The notes beneath the pieces are model-generated. The model saw only the letters and a program-made list of their open reading frames with translations, had not been told where the DNA came from and made no database searches. The position numbers and the translations under genes are program-made. 64,000 bases of DNA from Trichoplax adhaerens. Lineage: Eukaryota > Animalia > Placozoa. Location: assembly GCF_000150275.1 (NCBI RefSeq), contig NW_002060949.1, forward strand, positions 2,973,836 to 3,037,835, written 5' to 3'. Positions 33,969 through 46,400 of the stretch are shown one piece after another (position 1 is the stretch's first letter; each line of letters starts with the position of its first letter).

Positions 33969-36719
33969 TTAATTTATTGCTGATCCCGTAACAGCAACGG
34001 AGCTTATAGCCACAAAATGATCATATCCATTAGTAATAATAATCTTTAGATGGGTTATTGGACTATTCACCTGCATCAAATTATTAAGATAAAATTCGTA
34101 TTAAGTTTCTTATTAAGCACAAACTGAGAAAGCCTTCCAATCTCTTGATAATGATAATGATGGCTTCTATTCATGCGAATGTTATGTGAACACTGACTTA
34201 TTTTTAACAGTGCTTTAGTGAAGTAGCGGAAACGATAGGTAGCCTTTGATAATTACTTACCTGTATATTTTCGGTAACATTTTCGTTCTCCTTTCTCTCT
34301 ATTTCTGATAGAATTCAAAAATTTTTCATATGTTACAATAATATACAAGTAGTTGTAAGATATTAAATTTGAGGGCTATTGTGAGATACGATCCTGCACA
34401 GTTATCGCATGCATGATTATTCGTATATCCTGAAATTTTCCTTCATACCTTTAGAACAGATTTGCTCAAAGTCAGTAGGCTTGGAATTTATACCCTTGTA
34501 GATCTCCAAAGTCTTAACTTAGAAAATAAATATGATTTTACAAATTGTGCTAGTTATAGTGATACGGCAGTTAATACAATTCCTTAGACTATTTTAAAAT
34601 CATTACTGTATCACTATATCATTACAATATGATGCTTTGTTGAGAATTACATACGTTCCTTCACTTTGATATATTGCAATACACAAATCACATTAGAGAT
34701 ACTGCACATATTGGCAATTTTAATAGGGTAAACGAGATTACTACAAACATTGAGGGAATTTAAGGGAATTTTGCTAAAAAAGGGCATCAATCTCGTACAA
34801 GAACAGTATTCTTTTGTGAGTTGCCTACAAAATGCTTCTTTAGTTATGCAGATTAGTTATAATTTCATCTACATTGGTATCGACTTCAGCTCATTTCACA
34901 ATTATGTGTTAAATAACTTATTTTATTTAGCCCTTTACATACTATTGACTCCTTGAATGCTAACAGTATCGGCATTGACTTTCGCAGGGAAGCTAACGAT
35001 AAATTCTTGCGGATATAAGCCAGTGGTAACCCAAAAGGTTTGCGGATCGCTAGAGATTCGAGAGAAATATTACATGTAAATAGACAAAGTACCTTTGTGC
35101 AGTCATAACCTTTCAAAAATATGCTCTGCTATTGGACAATGCAATTATACATAAGTATATATACATGATTTGCTAATAACTATAATTGTTTACAGTAGAT
35201 GATTGAACACATACGGTACAGGATGATATAAAGAATAATTGCGACATAAAATGCGGTGTAAACTGCGTTGGCTTGCTTTACTAGCATGATAAAAAATTTA
35301 GGATTATAACTTCTGTCAATACAAATCAATACAAATATTGAATAATTATAATTATTTAGTGTTTCTTGTAAGTAAACTTATACTAAAAATGAATAGAAAA
35401 ATTATCTTTTCTTATAATTTGCTGCCACTGTGCATAACTGCACATGAGATCATAAAATCCGACCAGTTTGATTAATAGTGTAAATTACATTGCAGAATGA
35501 AGTAACAAAATTAAGTATTGAAATAATATTTTAATACTATAGAATAGACTATAAATGCCTTCGAAATGTGAACAAGAGAATAAGAGGTCCGTGTGACTGT
35601 CTGTTTATTATAATCACATTACAACTACACTAAACCGGTAACATCTTGCAATATGTGGTATGCCACATTCTAGAGATATCTAACTTCTACAGTATGAAGA
35701 CATAGACGGCTGTGATGATTAGAATTTAAACTGTTTAATACTATATTATTTCAGATTCGTTGATGCTTATATCAATAATCAAAAGTTATTACTCTCTGTA
35801 ATCTGTATCTCAGCACGTAAGGTGACTACTATATGAGGAGATTGAAAATATCCGATAGAACTTTACTGTTCCGTTTGAATATAAGTTCTAGAAATGACTA
35901 TCATTGTTTAAAGGTTTATACTTGCACTTTTTAATTGATATGCTATAACATAGCAGATTATTATACACAAGTTATCAAATTTTACATAGATATATGAAAT
36001 AGTAAGTCACTGACTCATTTACTATACTGTTTTGCTCAAGATTTGATTAAATAAACATCTATGATATCAAAACTTTGATACTTTATAAATTCAATACGGA
36101 CATTTATGTCATTAAACTTCATGCTATATCTTTAAAGTTATATTCTAATGGACTGGAATACGTTCAACGAGTCATACCATGGACTATTGAAATAATGTCT
36201 TTAGTAATCTATCGTTATCACTAATATGGCGTACATCGTGCATATACAGTATAACAAGTATGACAGTAGTCAGTTGGTTACCATAGTGATTTCTCCATAC
36301 TAGCACTTAAAATCTACATCCAATTGACCGAAAAATCAAGCAGGATGAAATTGTGTGGAAACTACTGTAACATACTCGTATAATCCTTCTTAATACATGC
36401 AATATGTTCTAGTCCTGATACCGAATATTTTAAAAATCATCCGGCATTTTCTAATTATAATAAATAAAGATAAAAATAGTTAATGCCGTACGAGCTCTAT
36501 TACAGTAATTTACATTATCGTATTTGTGCACATGAATGGATAATAAGATCAAAAAAATTGACGCACAGAAGGAGTCTGAGATTAGTAGTGTATTTTTGTA
36601 TTATCATAACTTTAAATTTAGTTTTACCCATCTATCATATTTTCAGGAGGAAAGCCATCATCACTGGAAGTGGCTAGAATGACGGATACACCAGCCGACG
36701 ACAAAGCTAAGTTAGCCAT
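33969..36719 (-). CDS. IFT25: Intraflagellar transport protein 25 homolog (HSPB11), 5 coding exons, 137 aa
   Basis: Exons 36719-36628, 35049-34943, 34517-34449, 34304-34261 and 34070-33969, all GT-AG with matching phases (414 nt): MANLALSSAGVSVILATSSDDGFPPENMIDGDPQTFWVTTGLYPQEFIVSF...KTLEIYKGINSKPTDFEQI...THLKIIITNGYDHFVAISSVAVTG. Confidence 0.95.
36277..36290. promoter_or_regulatory. RFX X-box-like motif in IFT25 first coding intron
   Basis: GTTACCATAGTGAT, two mismatches from GTTACCATAGTAAC. Confidence 0.35.
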
Positions 36720-36759
36720 ATTGCATGCATCTAATTATTTAATTTGAGCCCGTAGTGTA

Positions 36760-37330
36760 ATACTGTACAGTCACTGTCCCCCTTAAAGGCCTTTTGAAAC
36801 AGATGTTGAAACGAACAACCAACGACTGGTACAGTACGGTGGCCCATAATACAGTACAAAGACTTACCTCTTACAGTGTACAGTACTGGTTAACTGCACT
36901 GTACACTGTAAGAGGTAAGTCATTTTCTTTTCCATCTACCGGTACGGTAGGGAACTCTGTAGCTGATTGATGCACTGTACTCTAATGTACTGTACTGTAC
37001 TGTACGTTGTGTAGCAAACCCAAAGAACCCTGCCATGACCCTGCCCCCCCAAATCACCTTCAACTGAGTCCAGTACTACTGTGTACAGTACAGTGTGCAG
37101 TACATAGTACTGTAGCATGCAGAATCATATGTTGTGCTAACAAGCAGTGCAGTACCAGGGTGGGCATGCGAGTGACTGAGTCATCGACTGGTGTTGCCCT
37201 CTGGAACACTCCCATCTCTCTGGATACCTTTTTCATATTAGGGCTACGACTACAAGTTGCGAAAATTGAATCTTAACAAGGCAGTACTGTACGACTGTTA
37301 GCAAATGTGCTTTTAATGTACTGCTTATTA
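36760..37330. repeat. CAGTA/TACTG micro-repeat-rich region of the IFT25/USP24 bidirectional promoter
   Basis: tactgtacagt, gtactgtactgtactgtac (~36987-37005), cagtactactgtgtacagtacagtgtgcagtac. Confidence 0.7.
36861..36921. repeat. Perfect 24-bp inverted repeat (13-nt spacer) carrying outward-facing GAG|GTAAGT donors
   Basis: gacttacctcttacagtgtacagt (36861-36884) is the exact reverse complement of actgtacactgtaagaggtaagtc (36898-36921). Confidence 0.95.
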
Positions 37331-37465
37331 AGTACTTCGACATCATTCCGTGATGATACAGTATTAAAAAAGATTAATTAATTCATTCTATCATCCAATT
37401 TATCCCGCTGTACCCTACGTGTAGATTAGTTACGATTGAAACTTGTCTGCAACAAGACATTCAAA

Positions 37466-40400
37466 ATGAGTGAAGTTAATGGACAAGATGTGTCGTCGTT
37501 AAATTTAAACACATTCAAGGAAGAGGTCGAGAAAGCTTTCACTAACGGTGACATGAAGAAAGAAGCAAAAACTTTCACTCAAGAATCTAAACCTGGTCTT
37601 CATAGTCAACATGATTCGATCGATTTAACCTTACCGGAAAAAAGTATATCCAAAACAAGCCACGAGCATGGCTATCAGTCATACCAGGACACGAGTAAGA
37701 AATTGAAGATATGTTTACTCTATACTGCTATACTCTATTCTACAGTATGATAACAGTACATGGTAGCTACGGAGATTGGATACTGTACCTTCACTTATGC
37801 AATATACTGTATCTAATACTGTACTATGGAAAGGTGTAAACTCTTCTAGACAATCCCAAATGACCAAATATTACTAGACTGCACTAGTAATAGCCTAGAT
37901 TGTTCAATTCTATAACTTCAGGCATTAATTAAAGATTTGGATATTTAACTTGAAGGTGTAAAGCTAGAGAATACGTCAATATTTATCTCTAGCATTCATT
38001 AATCATGACCGACTAATTTGCTCGAAACTCACTATCACTTATTAAGCGTACTATTGAGTTACAATCAGTTGCTATTATTTAATAATAATAATACAATAAT
38101 AATATATACCAGACATTGGATAACGATAGTAGGTACTCCAAGGATTACTGTAATTAATGAATTCTTACTATCAAATAACTTCGAATACGCCATCTATCTG
38201 TTGCCATATCCAAGCAATGTTTTATTGGTTTATATACGAGTATCTACCTTAATTTGGCCTTTATTTATTGATATAAGCTAACTATTCTCCACCACCAATA
38301 GCTGCTGATTAATAACTTTATTAGGCAAAGATACTATACTTTCTTGACCCATTCACGCCGTTAAAGATATAATATAATAATTGGCAATGCAATTAGTGTA
38401 CTCTTGTCCATAAAGGAGAAAAAAATAATGAAAAATTTGGATACTTTCACCGTTGTATTTAGTACTAAATGATACGATCACAGACGACTCATCTATACTG
38501 CGCTGCAATATACTGCAGGCAATGATGCTAATTATACTAATATGCTAGACAGTAACCTAAGAAAGTCAGTAAACTTAAAAAATCTTAACAAACTTGCAGT
38601 TATAACTGCGCTAGGATGATGTTAAATGTTACCAGCGTGCAATTAATTTAATTTAATCAGCCATATATACGCGAATGTAGAAATACTGCTAAAATCATTC
38701 TATTTTTATAACTTCAAGGTACTAAAAGCCCTTGACGTTACAGTATTGAAATCTCTACTTAGCATCTGAGTGTGATAGACATAGAATTACCTTATACCTT
38801 AATGTATTTTAATTATGATGGAGTGCATGATTTGGCTAGTATACCAAAAGATGTGAGAGCCGTGATCGGTATTTAAGAATATACCAGCATACTGTACAGA
38901 TATGCCAAGTAAAGATTGTTTAAAATAATCAACAAAATAGCAGCATTTAATTAATGAATGAATACAAAGTATAGAATATCTGATTTAATTGTAGTTGTTA
39001 GTCGTCTGATAGTTCATTAATCATGATTAGAAAAATTTAATTTTACATGCAAAATTTTAGTACACTTTTAATAATTGAATGCGAATAATGGATTCCTAGT
39101 AATGTAAATATACTTCAACATGTTGATGATGCCTGCATCTTGAGTTGACGACTAGCTGACACCAGTTTAATGAATTCTTCCAATTTACAGATTTCGCTCC
39201 ACCTCCGCCTTATGAAGTAGAAATGTCTGCACCATTAGCTAAACATGATACGGAAAGTGACCTGATCAATCCTTCATTGCTAGGACATGATAATTCTACT
39301 GTACCGGTTATATTTCCAGTTGAAAGTTTCTTTGAATTAGAAAGACGTGTTTACGTTGACTCTTGGTCAATACCGTACAAACCTACTGAAGCTTTAGGCA
39401 AATGTCTGATTGCAGCAACTAATTTAGCGTTAGAAGGTACTTCGAACGTCATAAATACTATACATGGCTCTTTATTACAGAGAAATTACTCAAAAAAAGC
39501 GAGATAACATTGCATGCTTTGTTATCGCGGTATCGCTAAAATATAACATTATGTACTAGCTTTGTTATTTAAACGTTATTTGACGATTATTTTGGCTACT
39601 TACGATACTGTATGGTACTTTAGGCAACGCTGAAGCCAATGATGACTGCGTTAGATTTATGACGCAAATGGTTCCTGATTGTGTCTCCAAGGTAAGAATG
39701 TTTCTGCAACACTACCTATGTAATTGGATAATACGTACTGTACTGTTAACTTATAATTCATGACCATTTTATTAATCTACGCTGGTATACAGTATACATA
39801 TAATTTTGAAAGTTAAATTATGACGGAAGACTTAGCATTGCCTCCTACTTACTATTGCAGTTTTTCCTTCTTTGTACTTTATTATCAAAATTCTGTTAAT
39901 TATTGCCGTATTTTTTAAATGTACTGGAAATTGTTCTTATTGTAGTTCTATGTCTATCTTTTACTTATATTTTGTACAGTATATACATCTACGTATCACG
40001 TATATCATCAACTGGTAATGGTATTCGATTTTTAACCAAGATATAAAATTGATGTCTGTATTGAGATTTTCTTAAATTAATTTTACAATATAGCTTATAA
40101 CATCAAATGCTGTCCAGCGTTGGAGTGAAGATGTTTATCGTGGTATATTTGACATGCTAGAAATGGTAGTAGATCTGATAGCTGCTAGATTGAAGAGTGG
40201 AACTATTCCTACAAAGCTTTTGGGGACGCTTACACAGGTATATATCTTCATCACTTAGTTTCCTTAGGCAAACTTTTTTCCGTAAAATTATTTATGCCTG
40301 CAATCGTGATATACGTGTGTTGTTATCGGTGATTAGTTAATCAGAGCTTTTAATACGTTTCATTTAACTCCAGATGCTAGATTTCAATACAGAGTATCAC

Positions 40401-43400
40401 CGTATGAATGCTTCAAAAGCTTGGGATAGATCGCGTTATGAACAAGTATTCGGTTTTGATGAAGTTTATGCAGTTACTCCTCCTCCAGATGTGCACAAGG
40501 TATGAAACTAGTGTAGTAATATACGTACGCAATCTGCAATCTAGATACTTAGAGCAACTCATTTATGACATTTTTCTATAGAATTCGTATGGCTGGATCG
40601 TCAATCTTGTTAATCGGGTACACACTTCCCTCAATTTTAGCTTCACACTATAATTGATTGATTATGTCACCGAGTTCTACAGATGTCTATAGTTATTAAA
40701 GTCATATGCATTTTAATTGTTCGCTTTAGTTTGCAGAAAATAGTGGTTTCGAGTACCTCACTCAACAATTTGAGATGAATAGTGACCTTGATTCAGAGGT
40801 ATTATCACTATTAATTTACTTCCTCGCAAGATTTATTCACTGATATTGCAAACAGGTTAAAAGTCATATTGTTTTAAAGATGATGGTTTCATTGTTACAA
40901 CCGATGGCAGTTTGTGCTGAATTTCTAAACCCAAGACGAGTTCCTGTATGTAAAACGTATAAGTTAATGAATGTAACCAATTGTATTTTGATTAGACTAT
41001 AAACTATAAGTATATCTGTGCTACAGTGAGTTTTCGCTTATTTGATTTAGCCTTTGCTGCATCCCCTCATCAAAAGATGTACCGATTACGTTAAGGATAT
41101 GAAAGATGATGATTTTAAAAAGACGGTAATGATTTTAACTTTATATCATGCTTATAGCCGAAAAATAGCTAGATACTATAGATTAGAGATCTCTGCGGAA
41201 TCGTTACTGTAAATTCTCTTCCCTGAAAAATAGCGTTCTTTGTTGTTGTAATACTATTAGAAATTTTTAATCAAATTTTGTTACAGTTTTAATTTTTGAT
41301 TACTTATTCTTAGAAACCATCGAATATATCGGACCTACTTATTGTCATTAAGCGCCTTTGTGTATACTTAATGCGTGAAGAACCGGATATTATTGATGAT
41401 CTTCGATTAGATACAACCCTTCGCATGCTGAAAATACCCCACTTCAACACTAAAATGAACGGCCTCAAAGAAATCATCAGAATTTTGGAAGAGGCAGAGT
41501 CATCTTATTCTGATATGGTTGACAAGAATCCAATCAGTAAGGACAGGGTGTTAGAGTGGCTAAAGGTTAAAGAGGTTCTTTCCATAACCCTCGCAGGTTC
41601 ATTCCATGAATAATCGATATTTTATGTAACAAAATATACATTATTATTTACGAAATGGCATAAAATTATTTACCATAATTTAAATAGGTTATTTACATCA
41701 ACATCAGTATTGCGATAAGTTAACAAAAATTCTAGAATTTTTTGGTCCGAATTTACCACTAGACACTTTATCCGTAATATGGAAAGCGCAGGTTGGAATT
41801 GGCTTAATAGTTAAATATTTGTAATATTTGTAATAAATAGCTTATTCATGCAGCGTATTAGGACGTTCATTAATGTTTGTGAGAGTGCACACAAATACTA
41901 CTTGTAAATTCATTAAAGCTGATAAATGTGATATTTAAAATTTCATTCTACAGATTGGAAAGGGATCTCCGACAGTAGATAACATTCATAATTGCCTGGC
42001 AGCCGCTTCAATTCGATTTAGCAGTGATCAACTCGATCACTTGTTTAATTTGATACAACAAGTGCGTAAAATCTACTTTTTGATAAATGCTATTCAATAG
42101 TAACTAGTTTTACGTACATTTTTTAGACCTGGCGAACCGAGACCAATCAAAATCGTGAAAAACTTCTAATACTGATTGGCAAAATTGGACAAGAAGCAAG
42201 AGTTGCAAGAATTGCGACAAAGGTTTGCAAGAATAGTTGATGCGATGGAACAATTTGTGTAGAAATGAAATGAAATACCTTATTCAACTTTTTTGCCTTA
42301 CTAGGTGTTAGACTTGCTATGGAGTTTAGCTCATTTACCCACTTCAACGGCTGATATGGTAACACAGGCTTTGAAATCCCACATGGCCATTTTAAGCTAC
42401 TCTTATTTAGTCAAAGAGAATATTAAGCAAGGATACGCTATTAAATGTATTGATGATATCAAAAAGGTTTGTTATTGCTACATTTTGACTATAAGTAAAT
42501 TTTAATGAAGTGCTGATAAAAGTTTATCTTAAAATTAGAACTTATGGACTGTTCCTGCCCTAAAACAACTTCTCAAAATTTTAAAAGCAATGACTAAGCA
42601 AATTGTTATGCAAAGACAAGATCGTGTATGTTAGACATTTTCAAAAGCAAAATGTGATTTGTGAACATTTTACCGCTGTAACTACTGCTAAAATCGTGCA
42701 AACGTACAACGTTTGATAATTTTGATAATTCTATGTCATAGGGTGTTATTCATGATCTTGAAAAATCACACGACGTCATAAAATTAATTACCATTAGTCT
42801 TGTAAAGTAAGTTATGTACATTTTGGTCTTAATCTATAATAACATATGTCTTGGATCTTTTCCAAAAAAATTTGTAAAACACATTTTCGTGTGGCCGCAA
42901 TTTAAAACTTGTACGCAATGATATTATTACCATAGATGTCACCGTGCAGCTGTTTCTGCGTCTGGTGGTACTGGTTTAGGTATGTTACTGAGATAAAGTT
43001 ATCGTTTATTAATATTTGTATGTTATTTCCCCGTAAGATAATCCCGTCAATTTTTGATTTCTCTTACCCTAGATGAGAATACAAAAATAGATAGCCGATA
43101 TGCATATGCTGAGGTAATATTTATTAAATTTTCCGATATTTGTTATTTATTCTGACACAAATTAATATTGGAGATATAAACTGGATATTTTATTTTCTGC
43201 TGTCATCTTGTAGTACCTCAACTCTCATCTAGATCTGCTTTCATTTATATTGAATTGCACAAACATCTGCCTTCATTGGCATCGAGCACGTGATATATGG
43301 AATTGTTTGGAGTCTGATCCTGATGCTTGCAACTTAGATAGAGAAGTAAACACCCGAATCTGCATTAATGCATTGTCGCAAACAAAATGATAACGCGTCA

Positions 43401-46400
43401 TAAAAAATCTTACCCATTATATCCATTTGTAATTTCATTTATAAGACCTGCTTTGATTGGTTCATTACACATATTGGCGATCTAGAAGATGAAGCTAAAT
43501 CGACGATTTTTAATCATCTCATTCAAAAACTTAGTCCCTCGAAATTAACTGTTAAAGGTTAAATTATATGCCTAGCTCATATTTTACAAGAAATTCAGCA
43601 TCTTCACTAATACCTCATATTTTAATTGCTTTTTGTAGGTTTTGAATGCTTCAAAACTTATTTTGAATGCATAAACCAGAACGAACACAAACTTAAATGT
43701 CCAGTCCCATTTGTGAGTGTTGAACTTAACAGAATTATCATTAATATCTAAATTAATAACCATTGTTAACTATTTATCAGATCGTGGAAAAAATTGACCT
43801 TACTGGCATAAGCTATCTATGGCAGGTAACATAATAAAAGCGAAATGAAATCTATGCCGCGATAATACTTATAAACTAAATTTAATGGTATCGGTTTAGA
43901 TCGTTCTACAAGTGTCAAATGAAGAAGTTGCCAATGAAGCTATCAATTACTTTATTCAGATAACCTGCACAAATGTTTCTTACAAGCTAAAAAAAGTAAA
44001 CCTTTATTTTCTGTTACTATATAGCGTATTGGTCTGTGCATTATAACGCTTTGATCAATTTTTAGGATATTGGTGGACTTCATAAAAAATTTATAGCAGA
44101 ATTTCAAAAACGTCTTGAGGTATTTTTGAAGTCAACACTATCTTAATTGCAATTTAAATAGTTAATTAATGTTAACTTTTTTACTTATTATTAGGACGGC
44201 ATTGCAATATTAAAGCAATCGAAAGTGGCCCATGCTGTTTCTTTAACTGCTGCTATGGTAACAGCGCCTGCATTTCCTGAATCTGCTGTAAAAGGAAGCA
44301 AAAGGTTATCGTCTATCGTTTGACTAATTAACTATGAACCTATTCTCATCATTAGCTGTCGAATTCATTCGTTATCATACTATAGACAAGCTAAAGTCTT
44401 AAGTGTAGAGCGTTTGTTACTACTTGCCGAGAAGTACATTGTATCTGCTGAGGTAATTGTTACAGACCTTATAAGAGTTGTCATAGTACTACATGAATAT
44501 TGGAAATGATATGTCACTGTACCTATTTTAAACTTTAGGAGTCTTTTCCTATCCATAAAAGACAATTTGTTCCTCATGGAGTGTCGTTTCATGATCACCC
44601 AATGAAACTACATGTAACTTGTGATAGCCATAAAGCGGAGTTTACCGTTGAGGTTAGAAACACTTCAACGATAGAATGTTTTTGATAAAATCTTACCCCT
44701 CAGGGTTGTTATTTTGTAGGTCTTTACCAACGAGACGTTGTACTCTCTCCGTAGCAAGTTAGCATCAAAATTAAATTATTCGATAGATCATATCCAACTA
44801 ATTTATCAAGAACGTTTGGTAAACTTTCTTTCAGCTGTTTTGTCATAAATTAAACTAACTCTATTTTACAGATATGCTAATTTTATGTTTCAGTTAAATA
44901 CTACCAAAGATCACAAGCTGTTACAACATTTAGGATTTACTAATGAACAGCATATTAAAGTGAGAACGTATACAGCTACAGCTGCACCACCTCCTTATTC
45001 CAATGACGACGTAAGAAATGACTAATCACGAAACTTGATTCATCAGTAGATAATTATAATGGTATATAGAGTCTTCAAATTTTACGTAACTTTTACTTCT
45101 AGGAAAGTTGCTTACCGAGTGTTATTATTTCCTCGAACCATGACATATTCCAAAAACTTTATCAATTGACTGAGCTTGGTGAACCTAAGTACGCTTGTAG
45201 ACACACACTCACATAAAGCATTAATCTATTTTGCCTATTCTAACTTCAAATCATTAGTCATTTATTATTATTTATAGTATAAAAGTAGCTAATACATGTC
45301 AATAATATATAATTATACATAATTAGTAAGCCTCTATTTTCTATAGTAACTTATGTTTACTTTTACTGTTATAGCATTACAGATAGGATGGTTAGCCTAA
45401 TAATGCTGATTCCAACCGATATGTCTGTTCTAAAAGCTTTGGATTCTATTACGAAAGTAAGTTGTTAAAAGTTGCTTTCTTGTACTTAAGAATAACCCAA
45501 TTCAATAGAAGTGAATTTGTATTTTACTAGAAGAATACAAGTGCAAGCATAAAGAATAATAATTCCAGTGGAACAGACAAGTCCGATGCTATATCTTCCT
45601 CAATGGCCCAATTTAGCAATCTTTTTAAATATAATGCTTCTGGAATGTCAGCTTTCCGCGTTCGCTATAATCTAGAGGTATGTCTATCATCCTATATATT
45701 CGCTAAATTATGGTAACAAAAGTCACGCTACACTGTAGTGCTATAAGACCAATTACTTTAATATGACATAACTTGTAATTGAAAATCTAGGCTCTCAGTG
45801 GGAAATTAATGCCGGTAAAAAGCGAAGAAAGAGATTCAAAAACTGACATTTTTACAGAAAATTTCTTTAACGATTATGGTCTTGAGTACGTATCTACCCT
45901 TTACATTTGGTTATATAGCTTTTGGTAAATTAACTTTCTGGTTCACTTTTAAGTAATCTTTTTTTCTGTAGGATGGTTACAAACGTTCTTAAACCGGAAA
46001 GCTTGCCAAACGATACTGAACATACCGTTAGACAAGGCTGCTATATGCTTGCTGTGAGAATTACTTGTTTTATGCTAACTGGCAGAATACCTCCCGCTGT
46101 CTGTACAAACATCGACGATGAACGTGGTTTGGTGTTACATACTGATGAAAATAAAACACAAGACACAAGTTTGAATCAGAATGAGATTGAAGCTGCAGTC
46201 GCTAAAAATATTATAAAGGTCTCCTTAGAAACAATATGTGGACCTTCAAGGATTGAAGTAATACTCTCTAAATGCTTTTATATGCCAAACTCTTTTATAT
46301 ATAACTAAATAACGAATTATTAATAAGCGATATATTTTTCGATCTAGAAATTTAATCATGACCTCTTTAAGAAAATCGGAATAAATCTGATACGAATTGT

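Noticed and set aside
34654-34700. Apparent extra minus-strand exon in IFT25 (ISNVICVLQYIKVKE)
   Set aside because: Its phase is incompatible with the upstream exon, and the flanking exons already join colinearly with IFT25 homologues.
36647-36755. Plus-strand exon/uORF-like stretch (MTDTPADDKAK)
   Set aside because: It is the antisense of IFT25 coding exon 1.
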